A stretch of 64,000 bases of DNA from Myxococcota bacterium (lineage in GTDB: Bacteria > Myxococcota > Kuafuiibacteriia > Kuafuiibacteriales > Kuafuiibacteriaceae): contig DAIQNR010000006.1 in the NCBI GenBank assembly GCA_036788295.1, positions 51,523 to 115,522 on the forward strand, given 5' to 3'. The notes beneath the pieces are model-generated. The model was not told the origin of the DNA. It searched no databases and saw nothing but the letters and a program-made list of their open reading frames with translations. Each line of letters starts with the position of its first letter. Position 1 is the first letter of the stretch. Positions 17,492 through 26,677 of the stretch are shown here, one piece after another. A program made the position numbers and the translations under genes.

Positions 17492-19102
17492 TCAGCTGCC
17501 GGGTCGACGTCTTCGTCCACTCCGTCGCCGACGGGGGCTCGCCGGTCGCGAAGCGGACCCGTCGAGCACCACGCCCTCCTCCTTCGCCCGAACCTCCCAA
17601 TCGCGGACGTCCTCGAGGCCGATGCCGCGGGCTCGGGCGTGGATCTCGTAGAGCCGCAGCGCGGCTGGGAACACGGGCCGTCGGGCCATCGCCGTGGGGG
17701 AGATTCGGCGGCGGCGGCGACCGTCGGAGCCGATCTGCCGCTGAATCGCGAAGCACTGGCGGAGATTCTCCGAGAGGCGACGAGTGAACTGCAGCTCCCG
17801 GCCCACGGAGGTCAGCAGATCGGCGAGGCGCTTGGCCCGGTCCCGGCCCTCGGCGTCGGCGTGGGCCATCACCGCTTCGGCGAGCGGGTAGAGCAAAGCC
17901 CCGAGGACCACGTCATCAGCGACCGGGCCCCGGGCGACCACTTGATCCAGCCCATCGAGGTGGCTGCGCAGATCGCGGAGGCGGTCCTCGGCGGTCCCTT
18001 CGATCTCGGCGCCCGCGAGCAGAGCGAGCGAGCCGTCCACATACGCCTCGATGTCGGGCACCAGGATCTCTAGGACCCCGTGCTCGCGCATCAGGTCGAA
18101 CGACGCACGGGCGTGGCCCATGCGGAGGAGCTTCAGGGTCTCTTCGAGCAGCCGCGCGGGCGCGCACTTTCGAAGCTCCCCGCCGTGGCGGCGCAGCGCC
18201 GCTTCAAGCTCGGGCTCCCACATGAGCCCGGCTTTGGCCCGAAATCGGATGGCCCGCACGATCCGGACCGGATCCTCTCGGAGTCGGATGTCCGGGTCGC
18301 CGATCATCCGGACCAGTCGGGCGTCGATGTCGGGCATTCCTCCGACGTGGTCGATGATGCGCTCGGTCTCGGGATCGTAGAACAGCGCGTTGATGGTGAA
18401 GTCGCGCCGCTGCGCGTCCTCCCGCTCGGTGCCGAAGACGTTGTCTCGCCTGATGAGCAGGTCCGTGTCCGCTTCGGATTCTTCCTCCGCGACCGGGGCT
18501 GCCGCCCGGAAGGTGGCCACCTCGAGGACCTTCCCTCCCCGGAAGTACAGGTGAACCAATCGGAACCGCCGACCAATGATCCGAGCGTTTCGGAACATCG
18601 CCTTGACCTCTTCTGGGCGGGCGTCGGTGGCGATGTCGAAGTCCTTCGGCTCGAGGTCGAGCAGGAGGTCGCGAACGCAGCCGCCTACCAGGTAGGCCTT
18701 GTAGCCGAACCGACGGAGGTGGCGGATGGCCGACACCGCCTGCGGGTCGAGCGCATCGGCTCGGATGCGGTCATCGGCGATGGATTCGCCCTGCTCCTCG
18801 GGGTCTTCGACCGGTACCGGAGCGCGCCGGGGCGAAGCGCTCGCGGGCGGGAAACGGGTTTCGGGGGAGCGGGAAGGCCCGAGCAGACGCTCCCGCGGGC
18901 CGACCGACTCGAGGTCGATCCCTTGCTCGCGGACATAGGCTTCGAGCTCGCGGGTGGCCGACTCGAGCGCTTGGCGAGTCGCCGCGGCCCCCGCGTCGCG
19001 CCGCGGCCGGGTGACCGACCAGTCCCGCACCTCGCGGACGACACGGAGGGAGTCGAGAAGCCAGTCCATCGCAACAGCGTCCGTCATGACCTCGCTCGAC
19101 AC
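17492..19102 (-). CDS. pcnB: Poly(A) polymerase I / tRNA nucleotidyltransferase-family protein (PcnB-like) with N-terminal extension and Arg-rich C-tail
   Basis: YLVGGCVRDLLLDLEPKDFDIATDARPEEVKAMF...IIGRRFRLVHL...RRDFTINALFYD head domain. C-terminal SPRRRRSGRRRRPGS tail typical of PcnB. Confidence 0.8.
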   Translation of the reverse strand: MSSEVMTDAVAMDWLLDSLRVVREVRDWSVTRPRRDAGAAATRQALESATRELEAYVREQGIDLESVGPRERLLGPSRSPETRFPPASASPRRAPVPVEDPEEQGESIADDRIRADALDPQAVSAIRHLRRFGYKAYLVGGCVRDLLLDLEPKDFDIATDARPEEVKAMFRNARIIGRRFRLVHLYFRGGKVLEVATFRAAAPVAEEESEADTDLLIRRDNVFGTEREDAQRRDFTINALFYDPETERIIDHVGGMPDIDARLVRMIGDPDIRLREDPVRIVRAIRFRAKAGLMWEPELEAALRRHGGELRKCAPARLLEETLKLLRMGHARASFDLMREHGVLEILVPDIEAYVDGSLALLAGAEIEGTAEDRLRDLRSHLDGLDQVVARGPVADDVVLGALLYPLAEAVMAHADAEGRDRAKRLADLLTSVGRELQFTRRLSENLRQCFAIQRQIGSDGRRRRRISPTAMARRPVFPAALRLYEIHARARGIGLEDVRDWEVRAKEEGVVLDGSASRPASPRRRRSGRRRRPGS

Positions 19103-19181
19103 CTGCGGCGCGGACAGCCTCGTTGGCCCCGGGAGCGACCCCGCGCGGCTATAGCAGGGGCCGGTCCGAGGGCCAAACCGA

Positions 19182-21194
19182 TTATTTGCCGGCGACCTCC
19201 GCCGCGTTTTTCGTTGGGGCCTGGACTCGCGACGCCGCCGGGGACTCTCGGGAGGAAGCGAGCGAGTGAAACAGGGCCGCCGCGTCCGCGCGGCTGTCGA
19301 GGTAGGTGTAGCCCGCGAGGCCGCCTTCGTAGTGCCGTACCAGCGCCGCGCTCTGCTCGAACGTGATCTTCCCGTCCGCGAGCGCGCGCTCGATGGCCCG
19401 GCGCAGCCGCTCCATGAGGCTCCGCTGGTCGTAGCTGACGTAGCTGAGCACGTCGCGGACGGTGTCGCCCTCGACGACGTGCCGAACCGAGTAGCCGTTT
19501 TGCTCGTCGTGCTCGATGTGCACCGCGTTCACGTCGCCGAATAGGTTGTGAAGGTCGCCCAAGATCTCCTGGTAGGCCCCCACGAGGAACACGGCGAGGA
19601 AGTAGGGCTCGCCCGTCGTGTAGGGGTGAAGCTCGAGCGTCTCCTTCACGTCGTGCAGGCCGATGAACTGATCGATCTTCCCGTCGCTGTCGCAGGTGAG
19701 GTCGGCGAGCACCCCGCGGCGGGTGGGCTGCTCGTTCAGCCGGTGGATCGGCATGACCGGAAACAGAGCTTTCACCGCCCAGGAGTCGGGCACCGACTGA
19801 AACAAGCTGAAGTTGCAATAGTACGTGTCGGAGACCAGCTTCTCGAGCGGCTCGAGGTCCTCGGGAACATAATCGAGCTCCCGCACGATCTTCCAGATCC
19901 TCCGGCAGGTCTCCCCGTACAAGCGCTCCGCCATCGCTCGGTCGCGCAAAGAGAGGATGCCGTGGCGGTACAGCGACAGCGCGTCCTCCTTCAGCTGAAG
20001 CGCGTCGTGGTAAGCCTCCGAATAGTTCTTCTTCGAGACGGTGGTCGCGGTCTCCCGAAGATCCTCGAGGACCTGGTGATCCTCCTCGCCGGCCGGGGGC
20101 AGGGGCCGGGTGTCTTCGGAGGCGTTCGTCCCGAGCACGTTGAAGACCAGGATCGAATGGTGGGCGACCAGGGCCCGGCCCGACTCGGAGAGGATGATCG
20201 GGTGGGGGATGTCCACCTCGTCGAGCGTGGTCGCGGTCTGCCAGACGACGTCGGAGGCGTACTCGTCGAGGCTATAGTTCTTCGAGGCGTGAAAGTTCGT
20301 CTTCGAGCCGTCGTAGTCGACGGCGAGGCCCCCGCCGATGTCGAGGTACGTCAGCGGGGCTCCGAGCTGGTAGAGGTCCGCGAACATCCGAGTGACCTCG
20401 GACATCGCGTCCTTCACCGCTCGGATGGCCGTGATCTGCGAGCCGATGTGAAAGTGCAGGCAGACGAGGCGATCGAGCAGGCCGCGCTCTTCGAGCAGCT
20501 CGCACGCGAGCACCAGCTCTTCGGCCGACAGTCCGAACTTCGACCGCTCGCCCCCGGACTCGGCCCAGCGCCCGCTCCCCTTGGTGGACAGCTTCGCCCT
20601 GAGCCCGATGTTCGGGGCGAGCCCGATGTGCTCCGAGGCGTCGAGGATCGACGGCAGCTCCGCGAATCGGTCCACGATGATGAGCGACGTCACCCCGACC
20701 CGCTGCGCGAGCAGCGCGGTCTGGACGTAGGCTTCGTCCTTGTAGCCGTTGCACACGACGAGCCCGTCCTTGCGTCCGCCCATGAGAGCGAGCGCCACCA
20801 GCAGCTCGGGCTTCGAGCCGGCCTCGAGCCCGAGCCCGAGCGGCTCGCCGACGTCGAGCAGTTCCTCGACCACGTGGCGCTGCTGGTTGACCTTGATCGG
20901 CATCACCGGGCGATAGGAGCCCTTGTAGCCGTACTCGACGATCTTCCGGTCGAACGCGCCCCGCAGCTCCTCCACCCGGCGGCGCAGGATGTCCGAACAC
21001 CGGATGAGCAGCGGCAGGGGAAGCCCGCGCCGGACGAGGTCGTCCACCACCATCTTCAGGTCGATCGGGTTGGCGCCGGTCGCGGCCGACGTGATCTCCA
21101 CGTGGCCGTCGGCGTTGATCCCAAAATACCCGTTGCCCCAGCCCTTGATGCCGTAGAGTTCTTCGGAATCGCGCGATGTCCAGCCGCCAGCCAT
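19182..21194 (-). CDS. speA: Biosynthetic arginine decarboxylase
   Basis: 670 aa from ATG 21194: MAGGWTSRDSEELYGIKGWGNGYFGINADGHVEI, the canonical SpeA N-terminus, plus PLP fold. The track ORF extends 243 codons further upstream (to 21923) through an Arg/Pro-rich low-complexity stretch, judged spurious. Confidence 0.85.
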   Translation of the reverse strand: MAGGWTSRDSEELYGIKGWGNGYFGINADGHVEITSAATGANPIDLKMVVDDLVRRGLPLPLLIRCSDILRRRVEELRGAFDRKIVEYGYKGSYRPVMPIKVNQQRHVVEELLDVGEPLGLGLEAGSKPELLVALALMGGRKDGLVVCNGYKDEAYVQTALLAQRVGVTSLIIVDRFAELPSILDASEHIGLAPNIGLRAKLSTKGSGRWAESGGERSKFGLSAEELVLACELLEERGLLDRLVCLHFHIGSQITAIRAVKDAMSEVTRMFADLYQLGAPLTYLDIGGGLAVDYDGSKTNFHASKNYSLDEYASDVVWQTATTLDEVDIPHPIILSESGRALVAHHSILVFNVLGTNASEDTRPLPPAGEEDHQVLEDLRETATTVSKKNYSEAYHDALQLKEDALSLYRHGILSLRDRAMAERLYGETCRRIWKIVRELDYVPEDLEPLEKLVSDTYYCNFSLFQSVPDSWAVKALFPVMPIHRLNEQPTRRGVLADLTCDSDGKIDQFIGLHDVKETLELHPYTTGEPYFLAVFLVGAYQEILGDLHNLFGDVNAVHIEHDEQNGYSVRHVVEGDTVRDVLSYVSYDQRSLMERLRRAIERALADGKITFEQSAALVRHYEGGLAGYTYLDSRADAAALFHSLASSRESPAASRVQAPTKNAAEVAGK

Positions 21195-21404
21195 GGGCGC
21201 CCGGTTACACGGCGGACCGGGCTTTTTCCACCAAAGACCGAAGGCCGCCCCTTCGATGACCCGGTCCCAGCTTTCCCCGCGGTTGATGGTGCCCGCTCGC
21301 TCGGGCACGCTGCCGGCCGTGAGGGCTCTCACCGTGGCGCTCGGCCCCCGGTTGGCGGCTTGCCCGAGAATCGGCCGGTCTAGGCTCGGTCGGAGGGACG
21401 AGGC

Positions 21405-21863
21405 GTGAACCACGTCGAGGTCCTGAGGCGGCGCCGACCCGGCGCCCGGGGGGGCAACGCGAGGCAGGTCAAGCAGGCGGCGCAGGCCACGCTCGCCCAC
21501 GAGGGGGTCACCGGCCGAGAGGTGTCGGTGCTGCTGACCGACGATCAGGAAATTTGGGCTCTGAACCGGGATTTTCGGGGGGTGGACAAACCCACCGACG
21601 TGCTCGCGTTTGCGTTCGACGAGGCCGAGGAGGGGATGATGGGCCCGAGCCTCGGGGATGTCGCGATCAGCGTGGAGCGGGCGGCGCTGCAGGCAACGAG
21701 CCGGCGTGTCACGCTCGACGCCGAGCTGGAGCTGCTCGTGGTGCACGGCTGCCTTCACCTTCTCGGGTACGACCATGAGGAGCCGGACGAGGCCCGCGCC
21801 ATGCGCAACCGGACCCGGGCGGTGCGCCGGACCCTGCGCGCCTCGCGGGCCGGAGCCCGATGA
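21405..21863 (+). CDS. ybeY: Endoribonuclease YbeY (rRNA maturation factor)
   Basis: 152 aa. HGCLHLLGYDHEEPDEA zinc-binding motif. GGAGGG RBS 7 nt upstream of the start codon at 21405. Confidence 0.85.
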   Translation: MNHVEVLRRRRPGARGGNARQVKQAAQATLAHEGVTGREVSVLLTDDQEIWALNRDFRGVDKPTDVLAFAFDEAEEGMMGPSLGDVAISVERAALQATSRRVTLDAELELLVVHGCLHLLGYDHEEPDEARAMRNRTRAVRRTLRASRAGAR

Positions 21864-21921
21864 CCGGGGCTCGTCTCGGGCCCTTGTCGCCCGGGCGGTG
21901 GCGTCGTACCACCGGCAGCCC

Positions 21922-22506
21922 ATGCGAAGAGTTCGTCGGGTCTGCGTGTTCTGTGGCTCGCAGCCGGGAAAGGACCCGAAGTACGCCGCGGTGGCGGACG
22001 CGGTCGGCCGCGCGATCGCCGAGCGCGGTTTTGGCCTCGTCTACGGGGGCGCGCGGGTTGGCACCATGGGCATGGTCGCCGACGCCGCGCTCGCGGCTGG
22101 CGCGCCGGTGTACGGGGTCATCCCCGAGCGCCTGTCCCGGCGGGAGCTCGCCCATGAAGGGCTCGACGAGCTGTTCGTCGTGGACAGCATGCACGCCCGA
22201 AAGACGATGATGGCCCACCTCTCGGACGCGTTCTGCGTGCTCCCCGGCGGCTTCGGGACGCTCGAGGAGGCGTTCGAGATCCTCACCTGGAGCCAGCTCG
22301 GCTACCACCGAAAGCCGCTTGGGCTGGTGAACCCGGATCGCTTCTTCGACCACCTGGTGGCCTACCTCGACGGGGCGGTGCAGGCTGGCTTTCTTCTCCC
22401 CGAGCACCGCGCGCTGTTGTTCTCGGATCCGGACCCCCAAGCGGTGCTCGACCACCTCGCCACCGCCGAGCCGCCGGAGCTGCCCCGCTGGATCGACAAG
22501 CCGTGA
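21922..22506 (+). CDS. LOG-family cytokinin riboside 5'-monophosphate phosphoribohydrolase (TIGR00730 Rossmann-fold protein)
   Basis: 194 aa from ATG 21922: VCVFCGSQPGKDPKYAAVADAVGRAIAERGFGLVYGGARVGTMG...GGFGTLEE... LOG signature. Confidence 0.8.
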   Translation: MRRVRRVCVFCGSQPGKDPKYAAVADAVGRAIAERGFGLVYGGARVGTMGMVADAALAAGAPVYGVIPERLSRRELAHEGLDELFVVDSMHARKTMMAHLSDAFCVLPGGFGTLEEAFEILTWSQLGYHRKPLGLVNPDRFFDHLVAYLDGAVQAGFLLPEHRALLFSDPDPQAVLDHLATAEPPELPRWIDKP

Positions 22507-23414
22507 CGCCCGACCGCCGCTTCACCCACCGGGTCCGCGGGCTCGAGCTGGTTTGGCACGGGTTTGGGGACCGCGACGGGCCGGCGGTGGTGTGCGTGCA
22601 CGGGTTCCTCGACCACGGCCGGTCCTTCTCCGCGGTCGCAGCTGCGCTCGGGGCCGATCTGTGTCTGTGGTCGCCGGACCTCAGAGGCCACGGCGAGTCG
22701 GGCTGGGTCGGAGCTGGTGGGTACTACCACTTCTACGACTATTTCGACGACGTCCGCCGCGGGCTCGACGCGGCTGGGCTCGACCGGTTCTTGCTCGTCG
22801 GGCATTCGATGGGGGGGAGCATCGCGACCGGGATCGCCGCGCTCATGGGTTCGAGGGTGCGGGGGCTCGTGCTGCTCGAGGGCATGGGGCCTCCCTACAC
22901 CCGTCTCGAGGACACGAAGAACCGGCTGGCCCGGTGGATGGTTTCGGCGGCGCAGCCGGCGGTGGACGGCGACGTCGCCCACCGGCGGGCCCACCGGCCC
23001 AAGATGGCCACCCTCGACGAGGCGGCGGCGAAGCTCTGCCGCTTCAACCCTCGGCTCGACGAGGCCCGGGCGTTTTCGCTCGCCGCGAGCTTCGCCGAGC
23101 CGGTGGAGGGCGGGTACGCCTGGCGGTACGACCCCCTGCACCGGACCCCGGCGCCGAAGCCCTTCCTCGAAGGGGAAGCCCGAGCCCTCTGGGCGACGAT
23201 CGAGGCCCCCACGCTGTCGCTGTACGGGGAGCACGGCATGAAGCCGCCCCTGGTCGCCGAGCGCCACCTCCACCTCCGCGGGGCCAAGAGCGGGGTCGTC
23301 CCCAAAGCCGGCCACAACCTCCACCACGAGCGGCCGGAGCTGGTGGCGGCCGCGATCCGGTCGATGCACGAGACCGGCCGGGCCGTGCTCCCGGATGGGG
23401 TTCACCCCGGCTGA
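22503..23414 (+). CDS. Alpha/beta-fold hydrolase
   Basis: 303 aa. GTG start overlaps the LOG stop (GTGA). HGFLDHG...LVGHSMGG nucleophile elbow (GHSMGG). Confidence 0.7.
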   Translation: MTPDRRFTHRVRGLELVWHGFGDRDGPAVVCVHGFLDHGRSFSAVAAALGADLCLWSPDLRGHGESGWVGAGGYYHFYDYFDDVRRGLDAAGLDRFLLVGHSMGGSIATGIAALMGSRVRGLVLLEGMGPPYTRLEDTKNRLARWMVSAAQPAVDGDVAHRRAHRPKMATLDEAAAKLCRFNPRLDEARAFSLAASFAEPVEGGYAWRYDPLHRTPAPKPFLEGEARALWATIEAPTLSLYGEHGMKPPLVAERHLHLRGAKSGVVPKAGHNLHHERPELVAAAIRSMHETGRAVLPDGVHPG

Positions 23415-24268
23415 GCCGGATGGCGGTCGAGAAAGGCGCGAACCGAGCCGGCGAGGTCCGCTTTGCCGTCGAGCACGGCTCCGAGGTGCTGGTCGAACCA
23501 CGGCCGAACCACCGGCTGGGCGAGCCGCCACTCTCGGTGGATGAGCCAGGCCACCGGCCCGGCCTCGTCGAGGAAGCCGGAGCGACGAAAGTCGGCGTCG
23601 GTGGCCTCCACGTCGTAGGGGACCCGGCCCCGGTCCACCCTCCAGCCGTCGCTCGTGGCCTCGAGCGCGACCCACCCAGCGAGGTGGACGCCATCGGAGG
23701 GCGAGCCGACCGAGCCTGCGTTTACGACCCGGGCGTCGCCGACGCCAAAATCGAGCGCTTCGTGCAGGTGGCCGACCACGAACACGCCGTCCGCGGGGGC
23801 CAGGTCGCGCCGGTTCTTCGTGGCTGGCGACAGGCCCACGTCGTCGCCGCCGAGCGAGGCGTGCACGACGCGCAGCGGGGGCAATCCGGGCACATCGACC
23901 GATACGCCGTCCGGCTGGCCGAACAGGGCTCGTACCCGGGCCCCGAGCTGCCGATGGGTGAAGGCGGAGGTCGCGTGGACGTCCGCGAGCCGGCCGGTGG
24001 GAGCCTCCCCGGTGGCGTGGCGGCGCACGTAGCGCTCGTGGTTTCCGCTCGTGAAGACGAAGCGGGCATCGGCGAGCTGGTGGAGCCGGTCGAAGACCGC
24101 GTCGGAGCGGGGGCCTCGGTTCACCACGTCCCCATGCACCACCACCAGGTCGGCGTGCTGGGGTTGGGCGTCGGCCAGGACCGCTTCGAGCGCGGCTCGG
24201 TTGCCGTGCACGTCGGACAGGCACAGCACCCGGGCCCCGCGGGTCAGCGCTCGATGGACCCACTGCAC
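23402..24268 (-). CDS. Calcineurin-like metallophosphoesterase (PPP-type Ser/Thr phosphatase-like); start uncertain
   Basis: LCLSDVHGN, VHGDVVNRG, GNHE, GHLH motifs. The only in-frame start downstream of the kinase stop is GTG 24268 (VQWVHRALTRGARVLCLSDVHG). The 388-aa track ORF would overlap the kinase gene by 217 nt. Confidence 0.6.
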   Translation of the reverse strand: MQWVHRALTRGARVLCLSDVHGNRAALEAVLADAQPQHADLVVVHGDVVNRGPRSDAVFDRLHQLADARFVFTSGNHERYVRRHATGEAPTGRLADVHATSAFTHRQLGARVRALFGQPDGVSVDVPGLPPLRVVHASLGGDDVGLSPATKNRRDLAPADGVFVVGHLHEALDFGVGDARVVNAGSVGSPSDGVHLAGWVALEATSDGWRVDRGRVPYDVEATDADFRRSGFLDEAGPVAWLIHREWRLAQPVVRPWFDQHLGAVLDGKADLAGSVRAFLDRHPAQPG

Positions 24269-24350
24269 CTCCCAGAGCTTGGGGGAGCGGACCCGCCCGG
24301 TAAAGCGGCCGTGGACCGAGGCTCCGACGCCGGTCCATTCGGCCTCGAGG

Positions 24351-25364
24351 CTAGCCCCGGCCGCCGGGACGCACGAGCCGGCGCCACCACGGCGTGGCCC
24401 CCGGTGAAGGGCGAGGGACGGCGACGGTCGGCTCGGGCCGGGCCCTGCGTAGGCGGCTGGTCTCCTCCGCGATCCGGCCCACCGCCGCTTCCCATGCGTA
24501 CCCCGAGGTCTTCGGCCCGACCGGGCCGAGCGCCCGGCGCAACACCCGCAGCGCAGAGCGCAACTCATCGGCGGTCGCGAACCGGGCGCCGATGTCCGGG
24601 TCGAGCGCCTTCGCGAGGGTTCGGTCCGCTTCTCCGGGGAGCGTCGGGTCGATCTGGCTTGGAGCCGGGATGCCGCGCAGCATCTCCACCGCGACCGCCA
24701 TCGCGCTTCGCGCGGTGAACGGGAGGCGGCCGGTGAGGCCCCGGTACACTACGACCGCGACCGACCACAGGTCGGCTCTGCCGTCCACCGGGGAGCCGGC
24801 GAGCGCCTCGGGGCTCATGAAGCTCGGGGTCCCGATGAGCGCGCCGGCCTCGGTCAGCGGCGTGTGCTCCATCCCGACCGGCCGAACGATGCCGAAGTCG
24901 AGCAGCTTCACCCGCCCCGGGGTCAGGAAGATGTTTGCGGGCTTCACGTCCCGGTGCACGAACCCCCGGGCGTGGGCGGCGCCGAGTGCGTCGAGCACCT
25001 CGATCGCGACCTCGAGCACCCGCTCCCTCGGCATGCTCCCGCCGCTGAACGCTTGGGCCAAGTCTTCGCCTTCGAGCCGCTCGAACACCACGAACGGTTG
25101 GCCATCGGCGTCGAGCCCGGCGTCGAGCACGTCCACGATGCCCGGGTGCCCGAGCGCCCCGACGGCCTGGGCCTCACGAAGAAAGCGGCGCCGGATCGCG
25201 TCCACCGAGGCGAACTGGGGGTGCAGGCGCTTGAGCGCAACCCGTCTTCCGGTCACTCGGTGCACCGCCCCGTACACCGCCCCCATGCCGCCGCTCCCGA
25301 GCAGCTCTACGAGCAGGTACCGGCCGCCGACCTCCTGCCCGAGCTTCGACATCAACTCCGTCAT
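24351..25364 (-). CDS. Ser/Thr protein kinase (Hanks-type), 337 aa
   Basis: Start MTELMSKLGQEVGGRYLLVELLGSGGMGAVYGA...VALKRL...HRDVKPANIFL...DFGI...GTPSFMSPE. ATG 25364 overlaps the TGA of the upstream HD gene (ATGA). The track ORF N-terminal 224 aa is an Arg-rich spurious extension overlapping the HD gene. Confidence 0.85.
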   Translation of the reverse strand: MTELMSKLGQEVGGRYLLVELLGSGGMGAVYGAVHRVTGRRVALKRLHPQFASVDAIRRRFLREAQAVGALGHPGIVDVLDAGLDADGQPFVVFERLEGEDLAQAFSGGSMPRERVLEVAIEVLDALGAAHARGFVHRDVKPANIFLTPGRVKLLDFGIVRPVGMEHTPLTEAGALIGTPSFMSPEALAGSPVDGRADLWSVAVVVYRGLTGRLPFTARSAMAVAVEMLRGIPAPSQIDPTLPGEADRTLAKALDPDIGARFATADELRSALRVLRRALGPVGPKTSGYAWEAAVGRIAEETSRLRRARPEPTVAVPRPSPGATPWWRRLVRPGGRG

Positions 25365-26677
25365 CCCAGCTCCTCGAGCGCCTCGGTTGCGATGGTGGCC
25401 ATGACCGGAGGCAGCGGCAAGCGCAAGCTGGGCAGGCCAGGGCGATCGGAGAGCTCGGATAGGTCGAGCTCGAGGCCTTCTCGGAGCCTTCCTCGGCCCT
25501 GATCTTCCACCACCACGACCGGGTGAAAGGCGAGCTCCGGGTGGGGCTCGATCACACGAACCCGCTCGCCGGTGCTCAGCTCGGCCTCGGTGTCGGCGGG
25601 GACCGCATCCACCAGCCGAGCCAGCCGCTCGAGCAGGTAGGGGTTCAATCCGACCGCCCGCCGCTGAAGCCACGCGATCGAGGCGCCGGCGCTGGATCGA
25701 TGGTGCAGAGCCAAGGTCCGAAGTCCATCGAACTGATCGGCGAGCTTGGTCAGCTCGACCGCGAGCAGGCCCGGAGCGCCGTCCTGCAGCGGCGTGTGGT
25801 GACCGAAGGCGACGACGGCGCCGAGCCGAGCGCCGGCTTCGAGCAGGAGGCGACCCCCTTCGAGCGTGTGGCGGTCGAGCCAGGCCCGCTCCGACGGGGT
25901 GAGCGGGGCCTGCTTGTCGAGAATCGCCGGCGGGATCCGGGTCTTTCCGAGGTCGTGGGTCAACCCGGCGGTCACGAGGCTCTGCACATCGTCTTCGTCG
26001 AGCCCGAGCGTCCGCGCCTGTGCGCCGACCAAGCAAGCGACATTGACCGAGTGGACGAGCTGCCGGTCGTCCCGATCCTTGAGCGCAGCGAGCGCACAGA
26101 GCGGCAACTCAGGTTTCAGCAAGTTGTCCATCAGCGCCTGCGCGAGCCGGGAGAACGCAATCTCGCTGGGGGGCTTGCCGGCGCCGCTCGCCGCGAAGAG
26201 GCTCCCGAGCTCCCGGGTCGCCTGCCGGTAGACCGAACGAAAGTCCTGTGCGGTGGCCCGCTCGTCGAGCTGCAGGTGCCGAAGCTGGATGCGCTCGACA
26301 CCTCTGCGCCCGAGCCACTGCGAAGATGACTCTCCGGCCAGCTCCGCCTCCGTCGCCGACAGGAGGTCGAGCAGCACCTCGACCTCGGAACGCTCGACCC
26401 CGGGAGCGAACGCGACCACTTCGAGCCCGAGCGCGAGCAGCCGCTCGGCGAGCCGGCGGGCGGCCACCGGAGGCTTCGGCAGCAGCACCCCGTCCACCGC
26501 GAGATGGTCGGCCAGCACCCCGATCGTCAACTGCGGTCTGCCGTCGAGGCATCGCCGGATGGCGGCGTGCACGGAGGCCGCGGCCCGGCGGGCGGCCTCG
26601 GCGCCCGGGGCATAGATGCGACGGCTGCGCCACGCCCCAGCGAGCAGGAGGCCGGCGTCGCGGTGGGTCTCATCCAT
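25361..26677 (-). CDS. HD-domain protein related to HD-GYP phosphodiesterases, with degenerate GYP motif
   Basis: 438 aa. HSVNVACL...LTHDLGK (HD), LTPSERAWLDRHTLEGGRLL, FGHHTPLQDGAPG (HHExxDGxGYP degraded to HHTPLQDGAPG). Long N-terminal helical region. Start overlaps the upstream gene end by 8 nt. Confidence 0.7.
   Translation of the reverse strand: MDETHRDAGLLLAGAWRSRRIYAPGAEAARRAAASVHAAIRRCLDGRPQLTIGVLADHLAVDGVLLPKPPVAARRLAERLLALGLEVVAFAPGVERSEVEVLLDLLSATEAELAGESSSQWLGRRGVERIQLRHLQLDERATAQDFRSVYRQATRELGSLFAASGAGKPPSEIAFSRLAQALMDNLLKPELPLCALAALKDRDDRQLVHSVNVACLVGAQARTLGLDEDDVQSLVTAGLTHDLGKTRIPPAILDKQAPLTPSERAWLDRHTLEGGRLLLEAGARLGAVVAFGHHTPLQDGAPGLLAVELTKLADQFDGLRTLALHHRSSAGASIAWLQRRAVGLNPYLLERLARLVDAVPADTEAELSTGERVRVIEPHPELAFHPVVVVEDQGRGRLREGLELDLSELSDRPGLPSLRLPLPPVMATIATEALEELG

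Noticed and set aside
21196-21240. Stem (cccggt/accggg) followed by TTTTT just upstream of speA on the plus strand
   Set aside because: The stem is only 6 bp and no plus-strand gene ends there. Most likely it is part of the speA/ybeY divergent promoter region rather than a terminator.
21195-21923. 243-codon N-terminal extension of the speA track ORF
   Set aside because: The canonical SpeA N-terminus begins at ATG 21194. The upstream part is low-complexity and would overlap ybeY and the LOG-family gene (21922..22506) on the other strand.
24269-24568. Longer metallophosphoesterase ORF starting at 24568
   Set aside because: It would overlap the kinase gene by 217 nt. GTG 24268 is the only in-frame start downstream of the kinase stop, though its RBS is poor, so the start remains uncertain.
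25365-26036. 224-codon N-terminal extension of the kinase ORF
   Set aside because: Arg-rich junk that overlaps the HD-domain gene. The kinase subdomain I glycine loop begins right after ATG 25364, which overlaps the upstream stop.
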